A program made the translations under genes and the position numbers. Below the pieces are notes generated by a model. That model ran no database searches, had not been told where the DNA came from, and was given only the letters and a program-made list of their open reading frames with translations. DNA of 63,989 nt, counting the filler, from Basidiobolus meristosporus CBS 931.73 (Eukaryota > Fungi > Basidiobolomycota): NCBI GenBank assembly GCA_002104905.1. It is 3 parts of 3 records of this genome, joined end to end, with 100 filler letters (N's around TTAATTAATTAA, not from the genome) between each part and the next. Parts side by side here need not be neighbours in the genome. Positions count along the whole stretch, not along the records: positions 1 to 23,636 come from MCFE01000963.1; 2 more parts are not named here. The stretch is one strand, 5' to 3'. Below, in pieces: positions 1-13,299 of this stretch. Position 1 is the stretch's first letter; every line of letters begins with the position of its first letter.

Positions 1-10
1 CATCCGATGA

Positions 11-523
11 GTAGCCCAAGCCTGTTACTCCTCACAAGACTCCAACCAGCTCCTATTCCCGCCGTCCCCGTCGGGGAACGAGCACCCCAGCCCTGTCCGG
101 GGGTCTCCGACCGTTTACAACCCGCACTACTCGCGGGTGGTGTCCCCACCGGCGTCCCTGGCCTCGAAAAAACGGAGTTTCGACGAGTTGGAGGAGGAGT
201 ACTATGGCCGGGGCAATACACAGACCCGGGGATTCGCCGCTTTCCCATCCCCACACTCCCTCTCCCCCAGCTCGCTGCCATCCCCCTCGTTGGCCCAGTC
301 GAACCCCAACCTTCCCTACGAATCCTCCCCTTCCATGAGTAAACGGGTGAAGCTCTCGGATGCCGAGCAGTTCGGCATCCACGAGTCGTCCGAGGACCAT
401 CTGGACTCATTCAACGAGCAATGCTTCTCGTACGGTCGACCGGATCCCTCGTTCCCCAACGAATCGCTAGGGCTGTTGCTGGAGTCCCTAAGTCCACCCC
501 AGAGCGAGCCGGAGGCCCATTAG
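11..523 (+). CDS. Probable terminal exon of a Ser/Pro-rich, likely nuclear regulatory protein whose 5' part lies outside the window
   Basis: The frame of the 137..523 ORF is open from 11 to the TAG at 521-523. The segment is GC- and CpG-rich with C/G-ending codons, unlike its flanks. It carries NLS-like KKRSFDE and SKRVKLS, and there is a possible acceptor AG at 13-14. Confidence 0.5.
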   Translation, partial: VAQACYSSQDSNQLLFPPSPSGNEHPSPVRGSPTVYNPHYSRVVSPPASLASKKRSFDELEEEYYGRGNTQTRGFAAFPSPHSLSPSSLPSPSLAQSNPNLPYESSPSMSKRVKLSDAEQFGIHESSEDHLDSFNEQCFSYGRPDPSFPNESLGLLLESLSPPQSEPEAH

Positions 524-1440
524 ACTCGGAGAATGTGAGCATGAGCGTGAGCACGAGCATGGGCATGGGCATTGATTGCATTTCCTACCGAGGGATCGAT
601 GTTTGGCTCGCGTTCTTTCGATGTATATAACACGTGATGCTTGGGACCATCTAGATGCGAGGTTCATCTATCTTTTGAATCAATGGTTCGTAGATAAGGC
701 GTTTATTACTCAGCACATCCCTCTTCCACTTCCACTTCCCCCTCTCCATTTGTTTTTTTTGTATATCTGTACTACCATCCTCCAATATACAAGTTCATTC
801 TAAACCTTGTGGTGATCACGAGTAGTGCATCGAACCTCGTCTGCATGTTTCTCCCAACCCCGCACTCGGGATTGTTGGCATGGCTGGGTGGGAGCGGTGT
901 GTGGCCGATCTGGCCGTCACTCGTATGCCGAGCCACGGTGATCGGGACCATCTTTGTGGTCGGTTCATCCAAACACTGGCCACCCTCGCTCTGACATGGA
1001 TCTAGAAGATCAGCTTTCCCAAGTGTTGTAAGCCTTGCAACTGGTGAGAAAACGCTCAGGATTTGGACGGTGGGACACCGTTCAGAAAGGCCTTGGCAAC
1101 CACTTTTGTATCGACCTTCCAAGACCATGCCAATCAAGCGATATCATGTGAGTTGGGGGGGCATATTGGTGAGTGTACTCACCATGATATGTATGATCCC
1201 CATCAGCCCCCTTCATATGTATAATGTGTTGCCTCACACTACTGGCCATTGCAAATGTTCTGAGCCATTCAATACGACCAGTTGACTTGGGTGCCTATCA
1301 GTGTATGGGCCACTTTGTTGAAGGTCCAGCGTTTATTGACTGGCTCATTGAACGGTACCTGGGTACTTGTACCTTTTGTCAAATGTCAAAGTGTAGTAAT
1401 GAGATTGTCTGTGGAAGGCTGCAGGAGGTGTGTTCGAAGC

Positions 1441-2160
1441 GTTGTAAATTTCGTAATTACACCTAAATATCACCTAACTTAGTCACTTAAATCATTGCCT
1501 ACGAATCTTGGAGATATTGGAAGTGATTGGGAGAACAAGTAGATCATGTGGTTTTCACTTGATGATTCATTGAATGTAATAGCAGTATTTATACTTTTTA
1601 CTTGGTCTTGGCAAACAAGATGTGGAATATGCTTAGGAAGGTCCCAAGAATATATGAGCAAGGCTTGAGGCTGTTTGGACAACTTATCAAAATTTCATGT
1701 TCTGGGTACCTGATATTTTGGTGAAATTAATCAAAGCAATTCCCAACAAGAAATTTGGTCTGGATTTTCTAAGATTTGTAGGTAATGATTTAAGTTATCA
1801 AGTTAGGTGAATATTTGGGTGTTATTTCAAATTTTGCAACAAAGACCACATAAGCTAATTGTTCTTCCAATCATTTCCAATATTCCAAAGACTCTTACAA
1901 CAGGTTATGAGCCCCAAGTTGTCACTCTTGGCAATGTGTACTACTGCTATTTCTGGAACTTTTCCCTCTGCTGAAAAGTTCAATAGTTCTCACTAGCAAG
2001 TATGGAAGGTGAAGACAAAGATGCTGCTACAGGAACAAAGCTTTGGGGATATTTTTGTGGGGGAGGAATGCCCTCCTAAAGGTGTAGGAGAAGAAGCCTT
2101 TAAGTATCAGAAGTATAAAGCGCCTTTAACTCCATATGTCTGAATATTAAAAACAAATTC
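1441..2160 (+). mobile_element. Rearranged copia family-A 5' LTR (internal inverted LTR copy) with PBS and gag stub
   Basis: An LTR start at 1441-1510 is followed by a reverse-orientation LTR at about 1505-1840. The LTR end ...CTTACAACA at 1902 abuts PBS GGTTATGAGCCC (1903-1914), followed by a decayed gag N-terminus. Confidence 0.8.
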
Positions 2161-2247
2161 CTAAATCTACTCTATGTGTTTATTTTGCCAAGACCCTGTC
2201 AAAGTTTAAGTCTCACCTTTATATTCAATAAATCATTATGTGAAAAC

Positions 2248-5200
2248 TGTTGTAAAAATTAGTAATTCCACCTAAATATTCACCTACCTTAGTCACTTAG
2301 ATCATTACCTTCAAATCCTAGGGAATACTGACCAAACTCCTTTTCAGGATTTACTTAGAATATTTTTACCAAAGTGCCAGGTACCCCACACATGAAAATT
2401 CTCAAAGTTGTCCAAACAGCCCCAGACTTTGCACACATGTTTTTGGGACCTTCTTTAATCTATTCTACATGCTTGAAATGCAAAGACCATGTGAAAGTAT
2501 AAATACTACTTTTACATTCAATAATTCATTAAGTGAAAACAACATAATCTACTTGTTCTCCAAATCACTTCAAATATCTCTAAGACACTTACAGCAGGCT
2601 ATAAGCCCCAAGCTATCACTCTCTGCAATGTCTACTACTGCTATTACTGGAATTTTTCCCTCTGCTGAAAAGTTGGATGGATCTAACTACTAAGTGCGGA
2701 AGGTGAAGATGAAGATGCTGCTACAAGAAAGAGCCATTTGGGATATTGTTATGGGAGAAGAATGCCCTCCTAAAAACATGGGAGAGGAAGCCTTAAAGTA
2801 CCAGAAGAAAGAACAAAGTGCCTCTAATTGCATATGCCTTAATGCCAAAGACAAATTGCTAATACTTTGCTCAAGAGCAAAAACGGCAAACAGTGCCTAG
2901 AAGGCATTAGAAGACACCAAATAGTCATGCTCAGCTGTGAAGAAAATGTATCTTGGACAAAAGCTCTTTATTGCAAAGATGCTGCCAGGAGAAGAAATCA
3001 AAAATCTAATTAGCAAAATTACCCTGCTAGTGGATAAGATGGAATCTATGGGCATACCAACTGCTGATGATGATGTGATAGTAACCATCCTGAATAGCCT
3101 GACAGACAAGTCTCAGGGCCTTGTATCAGCCCTAGAGTCCAGAACTGAAGATTTGATCTTAAATTATGTATATGGAAGGCTCCTGGATGTAGAACTAAGA
3201 AAATCAAGCACCAATAAGAAGGAAGAAGTAAATACTTTAATAAGCAATGAAAACCAGAAAAGGAGATACCCAAGACCTTTCAAAGGCAATAGCAACCTGA
3301 TTTGTAACTACTGCAAAAGGAAAGGACACACATCAGACTGGTGCTTGAAAAAGTAAGATAGTTGGCAGAAAAAGCTTGAATATGGAAATGCTGCAGCAAC
3401 TGAAGATAGACTATTGGAATCTGCACTAAAGATGACCATAAACAAGGATTCCCAGATGTGGTATATTGACTCTGGAGCATCTCAGCACTTTAGACACCAA
3501 AAAGAACTTTTTGCCCAATACCAAGATATTCTAATTAAGAAGGTTTCATGGGTGACAATAGAATACTTGATGCAGTGGGAGAAGGAACCATCCAAGTGAG
3601 CCTTAGAAGCAGTAAGGGAAGCCATACACTGACCTTTAAAGAAGTACTCTATGTGCCAGAAATAGCAAAGAACCTACTATCTGTAAGCAAGGCCTCAGCA
3701 GAAGGACTCAGTTTCAGCTTTGACAGTTCTGGATGCAGGATCACTGATCAAAATGGTGCCCATATTGCTTTGGGTATCAGAGATCAGAATCTGTATAAAC
3801 TGACCTATGGTAGATCATATCTGGCAGCCAGTATAAGTGACTTGAATGAAGAAACACCAATGTCTATATAAGTTGACTTATATTCCATCATATCTGGAAG
3901 CCAATATAAGTAACTTTAATGTAGAAACACCAATCCTTTGGCACAGGAGATTTGGGCATATCAACTTAGATTATGTGCACAAAATGATCAAAGATCAGCT
4001 AATTTCCAGAGTAAAAATAGATCCCCCACCTGATTTAGAGCACTATGAATCCTGCATATATGGGAAACAAGCCAGACAACCATTCAAGAGCTCTGGGTTA
4101 ACCAAAACTAAGAAAAATTAGATCTGATTCACTCAGATCTGTGTAGACCTATGCAAAACTTATCCTTAGGCAGGATGAAGTATTTAATCACTTTTATAGA
4201 TGATTATACAAGATACATGTGAATCTACTTCATGGAAAGAAAGGAAGAAGCTCTGTCTAAGTTCAGGGAGTGTAAAGCCACAGTGGAAAGAGACACTGGT
4301 GAAGAATTCCAGAAAACATGCTCTGACAATGGTGGAGAATATACATGAAAATTCATCATCCACTTCTGCAAAACTCTGGGATAAAGCAAGAGACTACTGT
4401 ACCATACTCCACACAGCAAAATGGAGTGGCAGAACATGCAAACAGATCAATAATTGATATGGCAAGATCTATGATCCATGTTCAAAAATTGTCCTATGAT
4501 TTTTGGGTGGAATCAGTTGCCACAGCTGTATACCTTAAAAATAGGAGTTATAACAGAATACTTTGCAATTCTACTCCATTTGAAGCATGGTATGGATACT
4601 CACCAAGTGCAGAGCATCTAAGAATATTTGGGTGTGCAGCATATGCCTGTTGAAATATTATACTATTTGGTATCATTCAGCAGCTGAAAATTTACTGAAC
4701 AATTCTAGACTAGTCTTGGCCACCATAGGACTTACTTGCAGCTCCAACTTTGCCAGTTTCTTCACATCTATGATCCTATGATTATTCCCCTATAGTGAAG
4801 ATCAAATTTATACTTTTGCCAAACATTATGCACTAACCCTGAAACTGTTACAGAATGCTCCTGAATGTTAAGAAACCCTCCTCACTTAGTGTTACAGCTT
4901 TATTACTTCTACAAAGATATAAATACTGATCCTCTTTATGAGTAAACAACAGTTCAACTATTAACACTGTATCTTGATAAGTTCCCTTTATCCAAATGAC
5001 TTATTAAATTGCAACAATGCCAAGAAACTGACTGAAAATCAGTCAAAATTTGAGCCAAAAAGTGTAAAATGCATATTTTTGGGCTACTGCATTGAGAGTA
5101 AAGCATAAAGACTCTACAATACCAAGGCAACAAAGCTAATCAAGTCCAGGGATGTGTTGTTTGATGAAAATTCAAACTTTTACAAAAAATGATATCACAA

Positions 5201-7371
5201 GATGACTAAAATTTGATTGCAAGTCCACCAATAGTCAGGATTGAATCAGAGCAAAACAATGAGAGCTTTTTCACTGCAGGGGACACTACAGCCATGGTTC
5301 AGCCTGCATCAGTTCCCAGGAATATCCCAGAAGTGATCATTCCAGTATCAAATGCCCAGCAATCCTATCAGACAAAAAATAGCTTAAATTACTATATCAA
5401 TGAGGGTACAAACTTAGCCTAGGCCTATTCAGCCCATATTGATGCACCCCAGACTGTAAAAGAGGCCTAAATAGCCCTCAGACAAAGTTTTGGAGATCTG
5501 CAATGACTGAGGAATATCAGGCACCAATGGAAAATCAAGCTTGGGACTTGGTCAATTACCAATCAACCAAAAATCAATTGGATGCAGATGGGTCTTCAAG
5601 ACAAAATACAGGGCTGATGGTACAGTAGAAAGCTAAAAAGCAAGACTTGTGGCCAAAGGATACTCTCAAACAAAAGGACTTGACTACACTGAGACATTTG
5701 CACTGGTAGCCAAGTTTAATTCCATCATATTAATTTTGGCTATTGCAGCCAAATATAAGTTTTTTATCCATCAAATAGATGTAAAAGCTGCATTTTTGAA
5801 CAGGGAGCTTGCTGAGAACATGTATATGGACCAGCATAATGGGTTTGTTGACCAAGACAACCTCCATTTGGTCTGCAAGCTTATAAAGTCTCTATATGGT
5901 CTCAAACAATCACCAAGAGCCTGGAATTGCAAGATATATTCCTATTTGCAATCTTTGAGTTTCCAAAGGAGTAATGCTGACTGAAGTATATACTATAAGC
6001 AAGATAGAGCAAGTCCAGTTCTATTGGCTCTATATGTGGATGATCTTATTGTAGCCACTAATAACCTAGCAACATTGGAAGAGACTAAATCCAGCCTATC
6101 TAAGGAGTTCAAGATGTCCATTCTAGGAGAACTCAGTTACTACTTGGGGATTAAGTTCTCCATAGACAGTGGTACCCAGACTATCACCCCAAGCCAATCC
6201 AAGTATATTCAAGATATACTAAAGAAGTACCAACTGGAAGACTATAAACTGGCAGCTACCCAATGGAGACAAACCTTAGCTTGGTCAAAACTCAATCAAA
6301 TCAAGAGAGCTTGGTGTCATCTGAAAGCTCTGACTTTCCTTATCCATCTATGGTTGGCAGTCTGATGTACATCATGCTTGGAACACATCCAGATTTCTCA
6401 TATTCAGAGGGAGTTGTCAGCCAACATAATCAGAGCTATGGATCTGATCATATTGCAGCAGTTAAGTAGATAGTTAGATATCTGAAAGGAACTGCTGATA
6501 TCTGCTGAAGATACACTTAAAAAGATTCAGAACAGGATCCTGTGAGATACTCTGATGCTAATTGGGGACAAAATATGGAAGACAGCAGATCCACCACAGG
6601 ATACACCTTTCTTTACTGTAAAGGAGCAATTTCATGGAATTCAAGAAAGCAACAAGCCATAGTGCTTTCTACCACGAAGACAGAGTACATGGCAACCTGT
6701 GAAGCTACAAAAGAAGGAATGTGGCTAACAAAGCTTTTACAGATTTAGGCCTATTTTAAAAAACACCTATTACCTTATTTCAAGACAATCAAGGATGGAT
6801 ACAACTAGGTAGATATCCAACTTTTCATGCTAGAACTAAGCACATAGATATTAGACATTGTTTCATATGTGAAGCTATAGAGAATAGCTTAGTTAGCTTA
6901 GCTTACTGTCCTTCATATGAAATGATTGCAAACATATTTACCAAACCATAAGCCAGAGACAAGCTTGAATATTGTAGATCAAAATTAGGACCAGTCAGTA
7001 TGAACATTTAGCTGAGTGGGACTGTTGTAAAAAGTTTGTAATTCCGCTTAAATACTCACATAACTTAGTCACTTAGATCATTACCTTCAAATACTAGAGA
7101 ATACTGACCAAATTCCTTGTTGCAATTTACTTGGAATATTTTCATCAAATACCAGGTACCCTGAACGTGAAAATTCTCAAAGTTGTCCAAAGAGCCCCAA
7201 ACCTTGCACACATGTTCATGGGACATTCCTAAATCTATTCTATATTGTTGTTATGTCAAGACCATGTAAATGTATAAATACTACTTAGAAAATCAATAAA
7301 TAATCAAGTGAAAACCACATAATCTACTTGTCCTGCCAATCACTTCCAGAATCTCCAAGACTCTAACAACA
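2248..7371 (+). mobile_element. Near full-length degenerate Ty1/copia LTR retrotransposon, family A
   Basis: 5' LTR 2248-2596, PBS GGCTATAAGCCC, gag (EKLDGSNY; CNYCKRKGHTSDWC zinc knuckle), protease (WYIDSGASQH), integrase (DNGGE-like region, QQNGVAEHANR), RT ([25 protein letters not shown]), RNase H (YSDANW, ISWNSRKQ), purine tract and 3' LTR 7023-7371. Many stops and frameshifts; no matching TSD (AAAAC vs CATGA). Confidence 0.95.
4648..5016 (+). mobile_element. Solo LTR of copia family B inserted in the integrase of the family-A element
   Basis: TGTTG...GCAACA, 369 bp, flanked by 5-bp TSD ATGCC (4643-4647 and 5017-5021). Homologous to the LTRs of the 15682-20755 element. Confidence 0.9.
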
Positions 7372-7970
7372 CATGAAAAGCTCCTGGATGTAGAGTTAAG
7401 AAAATCAAGCACCAATAAGAAGGAAGAAGAAAAAGCTTTAATAAGTAATGATCACCAGAAAAGAAGATACCCAAGAACTTTCAAAGGCAATAGCAACCTG
7501 ACTTGTGAGTACTGCAAAAGGAAAGGACACACATCAGACCAATGCTTGAGAAAGAGAGAGTCAGCAGAAAAAGCCTGAACATAGACTATTTATATCTGCA
7601 CTAAATATGACCACAAACAAGAATTCTCAGATGTGGTATGTTGACTCTGGAGCATCTCAACACTCTACAAGCCAAAAAGAACTTTTTGCACAATATCAAG
7701 AAATTCCATTTATAAAGTTTTATGGATGGCAATAGAATACTTGATGCAGTGGGAGAAGGAACCATCCAAGTAAGCCTTAGAAGCAGTAAGGGAAGCCATA
7801 CACTGACCTTTAAAGAAGTACTCTATAAGCCAGAAATAGCAAAGAACCTACTATCTGTAAGCAAGGCCATAGCAGAAGGACTCAGTTTCAGCTTTGACAA
7901 TTCTGGATGGAGGATCACTGAACAAAATGGTGCTCATATTGCATTGGGTATCAGAGATAAGAACTTGTAT
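7372..7970 (+). mobile_element. Copia family-A gag/protease fragment
   Basis: Near-duplicate of 3173-3800 (LLDVELRK, zinc knuckle, WYVDSGASQH, PEIAKNLLSVSKA). Confidence 0.9.
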
Positions 7971-8197
7971 AAGTATTCTGTTATAACTTCAATTTTAAGG
8001 TATATAGCTATGGCAACTGAATATACCCAAAAATCATACAAAACATTTTGATCATGGATCATATATCTTGTCAAATCAGTTATTGATCTGTTTGAACATT
8101 CTGCTACTCTATTTTGCTGTGGGGAGTATGGTACAGTAGTCTCCTGCTTTAACTCATGCATTTTGCAGGAGTAGATGCAGAGTTTTGAGGTATATTC

Positions 8198-8900
8198 TGT
8201 AGTAAATGTTGTAAGAGTCTTGGAGATATTGGAAGTGATTGGGAGGACAAGTAGGTTATGTGGTTTTCACTTGATGATTCATAGAATGTAAAAGTAGTAT
8301 TTATACTTTTACCTGATCTTGGCATTACAAACACGTAGAATAGGTTAAGGAAGGTCCCAAGAACATGTGTGCAAAGTTTGGGGCTGTTTGGACAACTCTG
8401 AGAATTATCATGTTCTGGGTACCTGGTATTTTGGTGAAAATATTCTAAGTAAATCCCAAAAAGGAATTTGGTCAGTATTCTCTAGGATTTGAAGGTAATG
8501 ATCTAAGTGACTAAGCTAGGTGAATATTTAGGTGGAAATACAAATTTTTACAACAGTAAAAGTCTTGGAGATATAGGAAGTGATTGGATAGACAAGTACA
8601 TTATGTTGTTTTCACTTGATGATTTATTGAATGTAAAAGTAGTATTTATACTTTTACCTGATCTTGGCATTACAAACACGTAGAATAGATTAAGGAAGGT
8701 CTCAAGAACATGTGTGCAAAGTCTGGGGCAGTTTGGAAAACTTTGAGAATTTTCATGTTCTGGGTACCAGATATCTTGGTGAAAATATTCTAAGGAAATC
8801 CTGACAAGGAATTTGGTCAGTATTACCTAGTATTTGAAGGTAATGATCCAAGTGACTAAGTTTGGTGAATATTTAGGTGGAATCACAGATTTTTACAACA
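8198..8900 (-). mobile_element. Outer solo LTR, family A
   Basis: TGTAGTAAA...TTACAACA with 5-bp TSD TATTC (8193-8197 and 8901-8905). It is split after 9 nt by the inner LTR. Confidence 0.9.
8207..8555 (-). mobile_element. Inner solo LTR, family A, inserted into the outer LTR
   Basis: TGTTGTAAGAG...TTACAACA with 5-bp TSD GTAAA (8202-8206 and 8556-8560). Confidence 0.92.
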
Positions 8901-9500
8901 TATTCTCCACCATTGCCAGAGTGTATTTTCTTGATTTTTCCACCAGTTTCCCTCTCTACCATGGCTTTAAGCTCCCTGAGCCTAGACATAGCTTCTTCCT
9001 TTCTCTCCATGAAGTAGACTCATCTGTATCTTGCATAATCATCTTGAAAGTGCTTAAATACTTTATCCCACCTAAGGATAAATTTTGAATAGGTCTGCAC
9101 AGCTATGAGTGAATCAGATCTAATTTTCTCTTAGTTTTGACTAACCCTGAGCTCTTGAAGGGTTATCTGGCTTGTTTCCTATATATGTGGCTTCATAGTG
9201 CTCCAAATTAGGTGGGGGATCAATCTCTACTCCGGAAATTAGCTGATCTTTGATCATTTTGCGCAAATAATCAAAATTGATGTGCCCAAATCTCTTGTGC
9301 CAAAGCATTGGTTTTCTTCATTAAAGTTACTTATATTGGCTTCCGGATATGATGGAATATAAGTCAACTTGTATTGATTTGATATCTGATACCCAAAGCA
9401 GTATGGTCACCATTCTGATCAGTGATCCTTCATCCAAAATTGTCAATGCCAAAGCTGAGTCCTCCTGTGGTGGCCTTACTTACAGATAATAGGTTCTTGG

Positions 9501-12500
9501 CTATTTCTGTCTAACTGCTGCAATATGATCAGTTCCAGAGTTCTGATTATGTTGGCTGACAACTCCCACTGAATATGAGAAATCTGGATGTGTTCCAAGC
9601 ATGATGTACATCCAACTGCCAACCAAAGATTGATAAGGAAAGTCAGGGCTTTCAGATGGCACCAAGCTCTCTTGATTTGATTGAGTTTTGACCAAGCTAA
9701 GGTTTGTCTCCATTGGGTAGCTGCCAGTTTATAGTCTTCCAGTTGGTACTTCTTTAGTATATCTTGAATATACTTGGATTGGCTTGGGGTAATAGTCTGG
9801 GTACCACTGTCTATAGAGAACTTAATCCCTAAATGGTATCTGAGTTCTCCTAGATGGACATCTTGAGCTCTTTAGATAGGCTAGATTTAGTCTCTTCCAA
9901 TGTTGCTAGGTTATTGGTGACTACAATAAGATCATCCACATATAAAGCAAATAGACCTGGATTGGCTCTATCTGACATATACTATGCACTTTAGTCAGTA
10001 TTACTTCCTTTGTAACTAAAGGATTCCAGATAAGACTATATCTTGCAATTCCAGGCTTTTGGTGATTATTTGAGACCATATAGAAACTTTTTAAGCTTGC
10101 AGACCAAATGGAGGTTGTCTTGGTCAACAAACCCATCATGCTGGTCCATATATGTATCCTCATCAAGTACTCCATTCAAAGATCCAGTTTTTACATTCAT
10201 ATGAAGTATAAAAAAATTATATTTGGCTGCAATAGCCAATATCAAATCGTAGGAATTAAACTTGGCTACCAGTGCAAAGGTCTCAGTATAGTCAAGTCAT
10301 GTTGTTTGAGAGTATCCTTTGGCCTCAAGTCTTGCTTTGTTTCTTCCAATTGAACCATCAGCCTTGTATTTTGTCTTGAAGACCCATCTGCATGCATTTT
10401 ATTTTTGGTTGATTGGTAATTGACTAAGTCCCATATTTGATTTTCCATTAGGGCCTGATAATCCTCAGCCATTAAAAATCTCCAAAACTTTGTCTGAGGG
10501 CTATTTAGGGCCTCTTTTACAGTACAGGGCTCATCAATATGGACTGAATAGGCAGAGGCTAAGTTTGTACCCCTATTAATATAGTAATATGTGCTATTTC
10601 TGGTCCAGTTATATCTCCTGGAATTTGATACTGTAATGATCACTTCTGGGATATTCCTGCAAACTGATTCAGGCTGAACCATGGCAGTAGTGTCCCCTGG
10701 AGTAAGAAAGTTCTTATTGTTTTGCTCTGATTCAATCCCAACTATTGGTGGACTTGAGATCAAATTTTGGTCATCTTGTAATATATTTTTTGTAAAGGCT
10801 TGAATTTTCATCAAACAGCACATCCCTGGATTTGATTAGCTTTGTTGCTTTGGTATTGTAGAGTCTGTATGCTTTACTCTCAATGCAGTAGCCCAAAAAC
10901 ATGCATTTTACAAATTTTGGCTCAAATATTGACTGATTTCCAGGCAGTGTCATGGCAAATGCTGTACACCCAAATATTCTTGGATGCTCTGCACTTGGTC
11001 TGTATCCATATTATGCTTCAAATGGAGTAGAATCATAAAGTGTTCTGTTACAACTCCTATTTTTAAGGTATACAGGTGTGCCACTGATTCTGCTCAAAAA
11101 CTAGAGGATAATTTTTGATCATGGATTGTAAATCTTGCCACATCAATCATTGATCCATTTGCATATTCTGCCACTCCATTTTGCAGTGGGAAGTATGGTT
11201 CAGAAGTCCCTTGCTCTATCCCAGAATTTTGCAGAAGTGGACGTAGAGTTTTGAGGTATATGTTCCACCATTATTAGAGCATATTGTCTGGATTTTTTCA
11301 CCTTTGTCTCTCTCCACTATGGCTTTACACTCCCTGAACTTAGACAGAGCTTCTTCCTTTCTCTTAATAAAGTAGACCCACATGTATCTTGTATAATCAT
11401 CTATAAAAGTGATTATATACTTCATGCTGCCTAAGGATACGTTTTGCATAGGTCCACACAGATCTGAGTGAATCAGATCCAATTTTTCTTAGATATGATT
11501 AACCTAGATCTCTTGAACAGTTTCTGACTTGTTTCCCATATATGAGGGCTTCATAGTGCTCTAAATTAGGTGGGGGATCAATTTTTACTCTGGAAATTAG
11601 CTGATCTTTAATCATATTGTGCACATAATCAAAGTTGATATGCCCAATTCTCCTGTACCAAAAGAATTGATGTTTCTTCATTAAAGTTACTCATATTGGC
11701 TTCCAGATATGATGGAATACAAGTCAACTTTTATAGATTTTGATATCTAACACTCAAAGCAATATGGTCACCATTCTGATCTGTGATCCTGCATCCAGAA
11801 TTGTGATAGCTGAAACTGAGACCTTCTTCTATGGCCTTACTTACAGATAGTAGGTTCTTGGCTATTTCTAGCACATAGAGTACTTCCCTAAAGGTCTGTG
11901 TGTGACTTACTTCACTGCTTCTAAGGTTTACTTGGATGGATCCTTCTCCCCCTATATCAAGTGCTCTGTTGCCACCCATAAAACCTTTTTAATTGGCATT
12001 TCTTGATAATGGGTCAAAAGTTCTTTTGGGTATGTAAGGTGTTGAAATGCACTAGAGTCAACATACCCCGTCTGAGAATCCTTGTATGTGGTCATATTTA
12101 GTGCAGATATGAGTAGTCTATCTTCAGTTGTTGCACCATTTCCATATTCAGGCTTTTTCTGCTGACTATCTCACTGTTGGAAGAACCAGTCCAATGTATA
12201 TCATTTCCTATTGCAGTATTTGTAAAGCAGGCTGCTATTACCATCATTAGGTATTGGCTATCTTCTTTGTTGGTTATTCTTGCTTATTAAAGCTTCTTCC
12301 TCTTCCTTCTTATTGGTATTGGATTTTCTTGATTCTGCATTCAGGAGCCTTCCATATAAATAATTCAAGGTTAAATATTCATATCTGGATCTAGAGCTCT
12401 TACAAAGCCCCAAACTTGTCTGTCAAGCTATTTGGCATGGTTACTATCACATCCTCATCATTGGTTGGTACACCCACAGATTCCATCTCATCCACCGCAG

Positions 12501-13270
12501 GTAATTCTGTTAATTAGACTTTCCATTTCTTCTCCTGGCTGCATCCTTGTAGTAAAGGATTTTTGTCAAAGGTACATATTCTTGGCAGCTGAAATGACTG
12601 GTAGGTGTCTTCTAATGCCTTTCTAGCATACTTGTCCATTTTTGATCTTGAGCATTGAATTAGCAATTTGTCTTGGAAATTAAGGCAGATACAGTTGAAG
12701 GCACTATGTTCTTTCTTCTGGTACTTTAAGGACTCCTCTGCCACATATTTAGGGGGGCATTCTTCTCTCATGACAATATTCCAAATGCTGCTCTCTTGTA
12801 GCAGCATCTTCATCTTCACCTTCCACACATGATAGTGAAATCCATCCAATTTTTCAGTAGAGGGAAAACTTCCAGTAATAGCAATGGTGGACATTGCAGA
12901 GAGTGACAGTTTGGGGCTCATAGCCTGTAGCAAAAGTCTTTGAGATGTTGTAAGTGATTGGGAGGACAAGTAGATTATGTGGTTTTCACTTTATGACTTA
13001 ATGAATGTAAAAGTAGTATTTATACTTTCACATGGTTTTGGCATAAGCTCACATGGAATAGGCTTAGTATGGTCCCAAGAACATGGGTGCACAGTTTGAG
13101 GCTATTTAAACAACATCAAGAATTTACATGTTCTGGGTACCTGATATTTTGGTGAAAATATTTTAAGTAACTCCCCCAAGAAATTTGGCCAGTATCCCTA
13201 GGATTTGATGGTAATGATCTAAGTGACTAAGCTAGGTGAATATTCAGGTGCAATTACAAATTTTACAACA
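9501..13270 (-). mobile_element. 3'-truncated copia family-A element
   Basis: 5' LTR 12926-13270, PBS GGCTATGAGCCC, gag (EKLDGFHYHVWKVKMKMLL), integrase (DLIHSDLCGPM, FIDDYTRY, QNGVAE) and RT fragments to about 9501. RNase H and the 3' LTR are missing. Confidence 0.9.
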
Positions 13271-13299
13271 ATTAGAACATTTGATCCAGCTGGATTTGG

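Larger units (their letters stand above)
7971..9500 (-). mobile_element. Copia family-A GAG-pre/integrase fragment carrying nested solo LTRs
   Basis: Reverse-complement homology to 3660-4570 and to 10950-11870. The empty-site equivalent of the LTR insertion point is visible near 11250. Confidence 0.85.

Noticed and set aside
772-1440. Minus-strand ORFs next to the first LTR
   Set aside because: Multiple stops in all frames and no recognisable domain.
2248-7371. Active or intact retrotransposon
   Set aside because: Numerous stops and frameshifts, diverged LTRs, an inserted solo LTR and no TSD.
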